From an uncultured Candidatus Saccharibacteria bacterium (GTDB lineage: Bacteria > Patescibacteriota > Doudnabacteria > UBA920), in assembly GCA_964402965.1 (NCBI GenBank), contig CAYODY010000001.1, positions 5,724-69,723 on the forward strand: a stretch of DNA of 64,000 bases, written 5' to 3'. The notes under the pieces are model-generated. The model was not told the DNA's origin and did no database searches. It was given only the letters and a program-made list of their open reading frames with translations. The position numbers and the translations under genes were made by a program. Positions 56,617 to 64,000 of this stretch are shown here, piece by piece. Every line of letters begins with the position of its first letter. Within the stretch, counting starts at the first letter, position 1.

Positions 56617-57162
56617 ATGTTTGAATTCATAGAAAAACACAAAAGATTGATAATTATTATTGTGATTACAATACCAATCATAATGCTACTAGTTTTGTTA
56701 TCTTTAAGCATGAAAAATGAAACTAATAATGTTACTCAAAATTCTGATAATAGCATTGACTTGGTAGCTAAAGAACTAAATTATCCATTTTTATTAGATA
56801 GCACACCAGAAAAAGATCAATATTTAATGTTATTAGCTAAAAGAATGACTGAGGATTATGGAACTTACGAAAGTTCTGATTTAAGATCACTAGAGTCTGT
56901 AAAAAATCAATCAACAGAATCATTTAAATCTACTGTACAAAACCTCATTGATAAAGTTAGTTCTGAAGTAAATATTTCAACAGAAGTTGATCCTAACTCG
57001 ATAGAGTTAACTCGCTTGTCCGAAAATACTGCAAAAGTGCAAATGGATGCTATCACAACGAACATAAATAATTCTAAAAATATTGAGATTTCTAGCGAAG
57101 TCAAATTATATTATGATGGCACGTATTGGCTAGTTGATAACATTACTTTTATAAATAAGTAA
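56617..57162 (+). CDS. Bitopic membrane protein, possibly NTF2/VirB8-like fold
   Basis: N-terminal TM; helix ending in YGTY, beta strands and terminal WLVD; 1-nt gaps to both neighbours. Confidence 0.65.
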   Translation: MFEFIEKHKRLIIIIVITIPIIMLLVLLSLSMKNETNNVTQNSDNSIDLVAKELNYPFLLDSTPEKDQYLMLLAKRMTEDYGTYESSDLRSLESVKNQSTESFKSTVQNLIDKVSSEVNISTEVDPNSIELTRLSENTAKVQMDAITTNINNSKNIEISSEVKLYYDGTYWLVDNITFINK

Positions 57163-57163
57163 A

Positions 57164-58807
57164 ATGCAAAATTTGAAACACATTATATTTGGTACATTTT
57201 TAGGTTTGACGTTATTCATTCCTACGTTGGTTCTTGCGCAAGCCACAACTACCGCTCCAACCTCGGGAGTTTCTGGTGCAACAGAATACAAAGGGGTAGA
57301 TGCCAGCATTGCTAGTTACTTGTGTGCCCCTAGTGATTCTGTTACAGACAATAGCCAAGATCTGCCAAATTGTATAAATAAAGTATATAGATTTAGCATT
57401 GCTTTTGGTGCAATTGCTTTAGTGTTCTTTGTTGTTTATGCAGGATATTTGTATATGATAGGAGGGGAGACAGGTAAGGCAAGTGCGAAGACAATGATTC
57501 AAAATGCAATCATCGGTATTTCACTTTTATTGGGTAGCTATGTGATTCTAACTTTCATTAATCCTAATTTGGTTATTTATAAACCAATACAAGCTCCGTT
57601 GTTTACTGCGAATGATTTTCCTAGTTGCGAAGAGATTGGATATACAGATAGCTGTACTATTGACCAAGAGTCAGGCAATACTAATACAGATGGTATGACA
57701 AGAGGTACTGCGGCACCTTGTAAAGGAGGTTTAATCTCAATACCATCAGAGATACCTCATAGCGGAAAAGTTACTCAAATATGTAAAGATCTATCGGATA
57801 AACTACTTCAACTTGTAAAAATATTACCTCCAAAGGGTGATAATGCATGGATAATTTCTCAAACTTTTTCAGCTTCTACTCCAAGTAAAAGTCGTTGTCA
57901 TCACGTGTTGGGATGGGTTAGTCCTACTGGTATAAAAACTACTGAAACAGGTAATTGTGCTGATTTCAATATGGTGGGGCAAACACCAGGTAAATCCCCA
58001 TCAGATAAAAGTTATGCTAATTTATGTAAAGCGATTAAACAAATTGGCGGACTTAACTATTTGAATGAAGCTAGTACAGAAGCAGAGTGTGGACCATTTG
58101 ATTCTGAAGTAAAACGTACTGGCTCTAATTTGCATGTGAATTACATAGGGTCAAGTGGTGGCGGTGGAAGCAGTTCATCAGCTGGTGGAACAAGACCTAA
58201 CTGTATTCCTGTAGCAAAAACTCCTGGAGTTTGTGACGATAATTTATCGTCTGGTTCAAAAGCTCCTGATGATGATTTTCAAAATGCAGATCCTGGTGTT
58301 AAAGTTGCTTTCGATACTTTAAAAAAGCAATATAAGAATTTAAATGCAAAACAGGTTTATAGGTCTCCCGAGTATGGAGCTCATATGCGCTCCTCGTTTG
58401 AAGCATATGCATTTAATCAAGGATGGACCGAATCTCAAATTCGTTCATATGGTCAGTATTGCGCAAGTCAAAACATACTATACGTCACTGCCGCAGATGC
58501 TAAAAATTCAAATACAATTACTTATGGCAAAAAACATTTTAACGATCATTTTGCGAGCAAAAATTTAGACCCATTAGAAGCCCCGATGACTTGTTATTCT
58601 GATCATGGCAGAGGTTTGGCAGTTGATATAGAACAAACAAGTACTACTCAAACAAAAGCTTTTGAGCAGGCTGCGAGAGCTGCTGGTCTTTGTCATAATG
58701 TTCCTCAGTTCACAGCACATGGCCATACAACAAGAAAGGATTATCCCCATTATGTTTTATTCAGTAAATTCCCTCAAAAAGAAAAAATTTGCATAAACTA
58801 TTATTAG
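57164..58807 (+). CDS. VirB2/TrbC-like pilin module fused to M15-type (Hedgehog/DD-peptidase fold) Zn peptidase-like domain(s)
   Basis: Same N-module as 55509. C-terminal YRS...SDHGRGLAVD...DYPH motif; possible second unit SRCH...GNCAD...LHV. Confidence 0.72.
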   Translation: MQNLKHIIFGTFLGLTLFIPTLVLAQATTTAPTSGVSGATEYKGVDASIASYLCAPSDSVTDNSQDLPNCINKVYRFSIAFGAIALVFFVVYAGYLYMIGGETGKASAKTMIQNAIIGISLLLGSYVILTFINPNLVIYKPIQAPLFTANDFPSCEEIGYTDSCTIDQESGNTNTDGMTRGTAAPCKGGLISIPSEIPHSGKVTQICKDLSDKLLQLVKILPPKGDNAWIISQTFSASTPSKSRCHHVLGWVSPTGIKTTETGNCADFNMVGQTPGKSPSDKSYANLCKAIKQIGGLNYLNEASTEAECGPFDSEVKRTGSNLHVNYIGSSGGGGSSSSAGGTRPNCIPVAKTPGVCDDNLSSGSKAPDDDFQNADPGVKVAFDTLKKQYKNLNAKQVYRSPEYGAHMRSSFEAYAFNQGWTESQIRSYGQYCASQNILYVTAADAKNSNTITYGKKHFNDHFASKNLDPLEAPMTCYSDHGRGLAVDIEQTSTTQTKAFEQAARAAGLCHNVPQFTAHGHTTRKDYPHYVLFSKFPQKEKICINYY

Positions 58808-58816
58808 CACTTAAAG

Positions 58817-59068
58817 CTATATAACCAACCTAACTTTCTTCTCGCGAGAAAGTTTTTTTATTTCCATTTCGCGTTTGGTTGCTGAGCTTCTGCTAGTGCA
58901 TGATTCTGTGTAAACTATTTTCTTGGCACCTCGAGCTTTGGTATATTTAGCACCCATACCGTCTTTGTGTTCTTGGAAACGTTTTCGCACATCTAAAGTA
59001 ATTCCGGTATACAGAGAACCGTCAGAGCAGAGGAGTATGTATACAAACCATGTTTTTGTTTTAGTCAT
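58817..59068 (-). CDS. GIY-YIG nuclease family protein (UPF0213/YhbQ-like)
   Basis: VYIL.C.DGSLYTGIT....R...H..G.GAKYT and A.KRE..IK motifs. Confidence 0.92.
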   Translation of the reverse strand: MTKTKTWFVYILLCSDGSLYTGITLDVRKRFQEHKDGMGAKYTKARGAKKIVYTESCTSRSSATKREMEIKKLSREKKVRLVI

Positions 59069-59214
59069 AAATAATCTTGTAGGTTCAACTCAAGAATATG
59101 TCTTGAGGAAATAACTGAGAAAATAACATAAAGTTATTCTAAATTAATTGTATCATTTCAATAAAATATTTTTCCTGCATAAAAACAGGCGAGTACTCCA
59201 CTTCTTCCTTTTAG

Positions 59215-59666
59215 ACGACCGTCGCTTGAAAAAAGTGAAATGACCTGATTCAGGGGATTCAATAAATAGGTGATAATTAAATATAAAATACTCTTAGCGT
59301 GACTTGAAACAGAGGATACACATTTATATGAAAAAGTTTTATAAGATTAAATACAGACATTAATTAAACTATAAACTAATATTAATTAAATCAATCCAAA
59401 TTGCTGTTTTTACCTGATTTAAAGAATATTAGATACTATCTATGTCGCAGAAGATACATTGTGCGACACGCAAAGTATTTCTTTTTGAATATTCCCCTTG
59501 TAGTTTAAGGTAAAGATTTAAGCAGACAATAAAAGCCCGGTTATATCCCCGCGCTCTATGCCTACTAATATTCTCTATGATCCTTATTTATATTTTTATT
59601 TAAATAAATAATTATTTAATTCTTCGCTCTCCTCTAAGACCTTGTCTATGCCTTAGAGACGGTCGT
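59215..59666 (-). ncRNA. Candidate large structured non-coding RNA (~450 nt)
   Basis: The region has no ORF of 60 aa or more. Its ends are perfectly complementary (ACGACCGTC/GACGGTCGT), with nested helices mostly G-U consistent on the minus strand. TACAAT lies at 59690-59685. Confidence 0.5.
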
Positions 59667-59709
59667 TGTAGGTTAAAAGTAGTTATTGTATATCTGCAAT
59701 TTAAGCCTA

Positions 59710-61011
59710 CTAATTCAAACTCTTTACCTTACGTAGCATTGGAACTAGATCAGCCAATGCCTCTATTACGAAGTCTAGATCCTTTTTGGTAGTATTAACA
59801 CCCATGGTAAACCGAATAGCGCTGTAGGCTTGGCCTTGTGTTGAGCCTAATGCAATTAAGACATGTGAAGGATCAGTACTAGTAGTCGCACATGCACTAC
59901 CAGTAGCAACAGCTATATTTAAGTTGTCTAAATATAGCATTAACGTTTCGCCTTCAACTCCATTAAAACTAATATTAATGTTGTTTGGCAACCTGACTAA
60001 ATTTTCGGATACAGATTTATTTTTGCTAGCTGGTTGTTTAGTTTTGGAAATAATTTCTGGACCATTTACTATAAATTCATCTACTCTTTTCGAAAGACGG
60101 TCGACAAAATATTGTTGAAGGCCCTGTAAGCGAATACTTTCTTTAGTGGAACTTTTTTGAGCAAGGGTAAGTGCTGTTGCGAGTCCTACAATCCCAGGTA
60201 CATTTTCTGTTCCACTGCGTAGATTATTTTCTTGACCACCGCCATGAATGATTGGTTCCAATTTTGTCCCTGTGCGAATATATAAAATTCCAGTTTGCTT
60301 TGGTCCGTAAATTTTACTTCCGTTCAAAGTCAGTAAATCAATTTTTAACTTATGAGTGTCTAGACTTAATGCACCTGCCGCTTGGCAAGCATCTGTGTGA
60401 AATAGAATCTTTGGTAAAGTCTTATTGTTTTTAGTTAGGCTAGTTCCCTTGCCTAACATTCGAGCCTTGTTTAAACCACTAAGCCATTTCCCTATCTCTG
60501 CGATTGGTTGAATAGTTCCGACTTCATTGTTTGCGTACATAATAGAAATCAATACTGTATCTTTGCGCACCAAACTCTTTAGATGATCTAAATTTACAAA
60601 ACCTTCTTTATCTATTTCTACGTAGCTAATTTTCCATCCCCATTTTTTTAATGCGTCCATAACATGCAACACAGAATGATGTTCAATTGGGGTGGTAATT
60701 ATATGACCCGCTTGTCCATGGGTTTTTTGAAAAGCTTGGGCAGTGCCAAGAATTGCCATGTTATTACTCTCAGTGCCCCCAGCAGTGAAAACAATTTCGC
60801 TACTAGATGCATTCAAAACTTTTGCAATTTCTGCACGCGCTGAGGTTATGGTTTGTTTTGCCCGAACCCCGCTTTTGTACAAAGCAGACGGGTTGGCAAA
60901 TTCTTTAGACCAATATGGCTGCATAGACTTTAATACGCGTTCATCTACTGGTGTTGTTGCTGCGTAGTCTAGGTATATGTATTTAGAAGATTTTCTCGAA
61001 GATTTTTTCAT
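59710..61011 (-). CDS. iscS: Cysteine desulfurase (IscS/NifS family)
   Basis: YLDYAATTP, FT.GGTE.NN, NNEVGT, HTDACQ, KIYGPK and TGSAC motifs. Start revised to ATG 61011, 6 nt after TGtTATACT. Confidence 0.93.
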   Translation of the reverse strand: MKKSSRKSSKYIYLDYAATTPVDERVLKSMQPYWSKEFANPSALYKSGVRAKQTITSARAEIAKVLNASSSEIVFTAGGTESNNMAILGTAQAFQKTHGQAGHIITTPIEHHSVLHVMDALKKWGWKISYVEIDKEGFVNLDHLKSLVRKDTVLISIMYANNEVGTIQPIAEIGKWLSGLNKARMLGKGTSLTKNNKTLPKILFHTDACQAAGALSLDTHKLKIDLLTLNGSKIYGPKQTGILYIRTGTKLEPIIHGGGQENNLRSGTENVPGIVGLATALTLAQKSSTKESIRLQGLQQYFVDRLSKRVDEFIVNGPEIISKTKQPASKNKSVSENLVRLPNNINISFNGVEGETLMLYLDNLNIAVATGSACATTSTDPSHVLIALGSTQGQAYSAIRFTMGVNTTKKDLDFVIEALADLVPMLRKVKSLN

Positions 61012-61048
61012 AGTCAAAGTATAACAAAAAGGACAAGTTAGTAATACA

Positions 61049-61153
61049 TTACTTTCTTGTCTCTTTTCGGTGTTCTATTGCTAGTGATATGGCTATCATT
61101 CCTGGAACGATAAACATCACCGTAATAATTGCAATTATAAAGAACTCATTCAT
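61049..61153 (-). CDS. 34-aa single-TM small protein (absent from the ORF track)
   Basis: MNEFFIIAIITVMFIVPGMIAISLAIEHRKETRK*; GGAGG SD; near-consensus promoter upstream. Confidence 0.7.
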   Translation of the reverse strand: MNEFFIIAIITVMFIVPGMIAISLAIEHRKETRK

Positions 61154-61191
61154 TTTCTTACCTCCGATTTTGATCTATTTTAACTAACTTT

Positions 61192-61220
61192 ATAATAACA
61201 TATTTTCTCGGTTTTGTCAA
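61192..61220 (-). promoter_or_regulatory. Sigma70 promoter of the 34-aa ORF
   Basis: TTGACA-17 bp-TATTAT with an extended TG. Confidence 0.75.
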
Positions 61221-61230
61221 TGAGCACGTA

Positions 61231-61278
61231 CGTGGGATACAAACGTGTTCGTGGGATACAAACACGTTCGTGGAAACG
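61231..61278. repeat. 19-bp tandem repeat (2 copies plus a partial copy)
   Basis: CGTGGGATACAAACGTGTT / CGTGGGATACAAACACGTT / CGTGGAAAC. Confidence 0.85.
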
Positions 61279-61314
61279 TCTGTGTATGTTTGGAATGAGT
61301 ATCTTAGTACGGTG

Positions 61315-61743
61315 TTATCTACTAGACTTAGTAAACCCCGCAGATAGAGCTTCATCTTCTGTATTAAAACACTGCACTGCAGTAGTTCTGTTATAGAATG
61401 AACCGCCTTGTATATGGTAGATTTTACTTTTACTTCCTTTCACTGGGCAATTTTCTTGATCAATTGATTTGGTGTTAGTTGTTTGAGTGTTTGTGGTCTC
61501 AGTTGTATTTGCGGTATCATTCGTGGCGTTTGCCCCTGTTTTCGTGGTATAATTATTTAAAGTTCGTGGTGATATTGATGAACTAGTGCTATTGTTTACA
61601 CCATTGTTGAGGTGAGGTCCGCTCAATCGACCTGCGCCAAATCCACAAACGAAAACAAATGCCAAGCACAACCCAGCAACAACCACTGGCTTCCCTTTAA
61701 TAGTTATCTTTTCAAAATCTAAATTTTTTATAAAATCAATCAT
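61315..61743 (-). CDS. Membrane-anchored protein with Thr/Asn linker and small C-terminal Ada-metal-binding-like domain
   Basis: TM segment; CPVKG..SKIYH..G...Y......CF.TE.EA..AGF motif. Confidence 0.8.
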   Translation of the reverse strand: MIDFIKNLDFEKITIKGKPVVVAGLCLAFVFVCGFGAGRLSGPHLNNGVNNSTSSSISPRTLNNYTTKTGANATNDTANTTETTNTQTTNTKSIDQENCPVKGSKSKIYHIQGGSFYNRTTAVQCFNTEDEALSAGFTKSSR

Positions 61744-61774
61744 AAATTAGGAGGGGTTAATAAATAATAAATAT

Positions 61775-63058
61775 ATGCAATACGCGTTTATTTTAGGAAG
61801 AGTTTATACTCTTTCGCTCGCAGAACTTTTTTCATACTTCAAGACTCATGGAATTGAGATTAGTATTATTGATGCGTCTCCAGAGGTGTTGGTGGTAGAA
61901 GTACCAGGTCAATTAGACTGCCAAAAGATTCAAAAGGAACTTGGTGGTGTAGTTAAAATATTGCGTATCGTGGATACTTTAAAGAAGCGTCCCGATGATT
62001 CCATCAATTTTGCCCTTCAGCACTATTTTAAGCCAAGTAAATTAAAAACAGACTTTCTAAAAAACTATAAAGGCAAAATCCAGTTTGGCGTTTCTGTGTA
62101 TTTATTGGACATGCAATTGAAAGCATTCGGTGAACCAAAACGTTTGGGAATGTTCATTAAACGCGCAATGCAAGATAGCGGTGCGAGTATTCGCCTTGTA
62201 ATCCCTGAATTCAATTCTCTTGCACTTGCTTCTGTAGTAGTCACAAAAAACCTATTGTTAGAGAAAGGTGCAGAAATCTGTATCTTGGCTAGTACTAACC
62301 ACGTGTACGTTGCAAAAACTTTGGCTGTACAAGATTTCGAGGACTATGGCCGTCGTGACTATCAGCGTCCAATTCGCGATGATAAGCAAGGCATGATTCC
62401 TCCAAAAGTTGCCCAACTCATGCTTAACTTTGCTGAAACAAAACTTGGTGAAACTATGTTAGATCCATTTTGTGGAATTGGTACAATCGTCCAAGAAGGC
62501 GTATTGCTTGGCTACAGAATGCTTGGAAGTGATATCAATCCAAACGCAATTACAGGTAGCGAAACAAACCTTGAGTGGTTCCGCAATCGCTATAAGATTG
62601 CAAAAGGAAAATTCCATGTTGAAACAGCGGATGCCCAAAAGGTTTCATCTCTTGTTGAAAACTTGGCAAAAATTGGCGCATTTCCAAAAATCTCTGGAAT
62701 AGTTACTGAAGGGTATCTTGGGCCAATGTATACTAAATTCCCCTCCCCTGTGGATATTGAAAAGAATTTTAAGGACCTAACTGAATTGTACACAAATGCC
62801 TTTCAAGATTGGATAAAGTTTTTATCAAAAGGAGATAAAGTCGTAATTTGTATACCAGCATATAAGTCTTCACGAGGTTATACTCCCCTGCCTAGCCTTG
62901 ACTTTATTACAAAACTTGGCTATAATATTGTAGATCTGATTCCCTCTATTTTGGCAGATTCTATGCCCTTTTTACAGCTCACAAGCCGTAAAACCGCTGT
63001 GTACGATCGTAAAGACCAGATAGTCGCCAGGGAAATCGTGATTTTCGAGAAAGCATAG
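61775..63058 (+). CDS. SAM-dependent RNA methyltransferase (Trm11/UPF0020-like)
   Basis: GMIPPKVA..M, LDPFCGIGT and GSDI motifs. Confidence 0.85.
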   Translation: MQYAFILGRVYTLSLAELFSYFKTHGIEISIIDASPEVLVVEVPGQLDCQKIQKELGGVVKILRIVDTLKKRPDDSINFALQHYFKPSKLKTDFLKNYKGKIQFGVSVYLLDMQLKAFGEPKRLGMFIKRAMQDSGASIRLVIPEFNSLALASVVVTKNLLLEKGAEICILASTNHVYVAKTLAVQDFEDYGRRDYQRPIRDDKQGMIPPKVAQLMLNFAETKLGETMLDPFCGIGTIVQEGVLLGYRMLGSDINPNAITGSETNLEWFRNRYKIAKGKFHVETADAQKVSSLVENLAKIGAFPKISGIVTEGYLGPMYTKFPSPVDIEKNFKDLTELYTNAFQDWIKFLSKGDKVVICIPAYKSSRGYTPLPSLDFITKLGYNIVDLIPSILADSMPFLQLTSRKTAVYDRKDQIVAREIVIFEKA

Positions 63059-63090
63059 CTTTCAAAAAATCTTAATTATAATTATATTTT

Positions 63091-63480
63091 ATGGCTCATA
63101 AAAAAGCCGGTGGCTCGACCGCCCTGGGTCGTGACTCCGTATCAAAACGTTTAGGTGTTAAAATCTTTGGTGACCAATGGGTTAAAAAAGGTGAAATCAT
63201 TGTTCGTCAACATGGAAATAAATTCCACGCTGGTGACAATGTTAAAACAGCTGGTGATTCTACTCTTTACTCTATGGTAGATGGACTAGTAAAATTCCAA
63301 AATAAGATGTTGGTAAAATTCCATGGTAATTTGCGCAAGACTCGTTTAGTAAGCGTAGTTCCTGCAGATTACAAACTTGGAAAACCTTCCGCAATTAAAG
63401 CTATGGCTGAAAATGCTGTTGCTAAGAACACTCAAGCAAAGGAAGAAAAAGCTAAAGTTGCTGAAACTATAGAAGTTTAA
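63091..63480 (+). CDS. rpmA: 50S ribosomal protein L27 with C-terminal extension
   Basis: [21 protein letters not shown] and IIVRQHG motifs. Confidence 0.97.
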   Translation: MAHKKAGGSTALGRDSVSKRLGVKIFGDQWVKKGEIIVRQHGNKFHAGDNVKTAGDSTLYSMVDGLVKFQNKMLVKFHGNLRKTRLVSVVPADYKLGKPSAIKAMAENAVAKNTQAKEEKAKVAETIEV

Positions 63481-63532
63481 TACTTAGCTTAATTTAATTA
63501 AAAAGATAAATTCTAAATTAAATTCCAAAGAT

Positions 63533-63564
63533 AAATGCCGCTCCATAGTTGGGGCGGCATTTTT
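63533..63564. terminator. Bidirectional terminator
   Basis: AAATGCCGCTCC-ATAGTT-GGGGCGGCATTTT. Confidence 0.85.
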
Positions 63565-63617
63565 GTTGTTGCGTCATGGTCAGCATTTTTGTGGTCAGTG
63601 TTACATACGACCAACTG

Positions 63618-63824
63618 CTAATCGGCGGATGTTCGTCTAACTTCGATCCGGCCAAGATGACCCAGTTCTTCATCGGTCCCGTCTCCGAAATTGTATTTCG
63701 GGAGTTGGGCTGCTGAAGCTTTTTGCTTTTGTTTTTCTTCAGCAGTTAGTGTATGTCCACAGTCGGGACAAAACGATCCTGAGACTCTCGTCCCGCATAT
63801 GGGACATTCAATTTTTCCTGCCAT
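63618..63824 (-). CDS. Small zinc-ribbon protein
   Basis: CPICG...FCPDCG motifs; GGAGG SD; TTGACA at 63915-63910. Confidence 0.7.
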   Translation of the reverse strand: MAGKIECPICGTRVSGSFCPDCGHTLTAEEKQKQKASAAQLPKYNFGDGTDEELGHLGRIEVRRTSAD

Positions 63825-64000
63825 GTCTGTTCCTCCATATAATATAGCCTAGAAAGCTTTAAGCGGAATTGCTTTAACTTTCCGTTAAAGTAACACAGAA
63901 TTGAGGAAATGTCAATATTTGAGTAAGTCTTATTTGTTCTAATCTTCGCCCTTGTCTTACCATTTCTACAGTTGATATTTTTACGTCAGACTACTTAGGG

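Noticed and set aside
55509-58807. Diversity-generating retroelement or recent gene conversion between the pilin paralogs
   Set aside because: There is no reverse transcriptase, and the shared region differs mainly at synonymous positions with no adenine-specific pattern.
58817-59068. GIY-YIG as the homing endonuclease of an intron
   Set aside because: It is the short stand-alone UPF0213 type, no gene is interrupted, and no group I/II core motifs were recognised.
59103-59546. GAGGAAATAAC...AAAAGCCCGGTTAT on the + strand is faintly like the RNase P CR-I/CR-V regions
   Set aside because: The conserved GAGGAAAGUCC and ACAGAA..CGGCUUA are not matched, and the G-U pattern favours the opposite strand. 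An Infernal run would settle it.
59535-59556. Minus-strand GCGCGGGGATATAACCG resembles half of a type I-E CRISPR repeat
   Set aside because: It is a single partial copy with no spacers and no cas genes, and it is better explained as one strand of a helix in the candidate RNA.
1-64000. Alternative genetic code (TGA recoded)
   Set aside because: Conserved genes are full-length under code 11, and TGA terminates genes such as 4417..5292 and def.

Overview
This is an AT-rich bacterial chromosome segment using genetic code 11, with most genes on the + strand. The gene repertoire is consistent with a Patescibacteria (CPR) genome (inference): short AlaRS, sortases with an LPxTG protein, VirB2-like pilin fusions and r-protein extensions. 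In order, the window holds the dTDP-rhamnose genes (rfbBCDA) and glycosyltransferases, flippase and O-antigen-ligase-like genes, two sortases, secreted repeat proteins, msrAB, ctpA, alaS, pgi, the infA-rpmJ-rpsMKD-rpoA-rplQ-rplM-rpsI cluster, a 1421-aa LPRTG surface protein, HU, a signalling cluster, mltG, an EAL protein, a def/exonuclease/fmt operon, a WecB-NUDIX fusion, gltX, a peptidoglycan-hydrolase/pilin operon, iscS and rpmA. I saw no tRNA, rRNA, CRISPR array, transposase or prophage. The most interesting items are: (1) two paralogous pilin-like membrane modules carrying swapped cell-wall hydrolase C-termini; (2) a ~450-nt intergenic candidate structured RNA at 59.2-59.7 kb; (3) an EamA + DUF2156 + stand-alone membrane sensor + soluble GAF kinase cluster that could be a signal synthesis/export/sensing system; (4) a sortase with Ser in place of the catalytic Cys next to its LPRTG substrate; (5) a four-hairpin 5' leader; and (6) pervasive leaderless promoters contrasting with strong Shine-Dalgarno sites on orphan cassettes. 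All family assignments come from motifs recognised by eye and all folds were done by hand; no searches were run.
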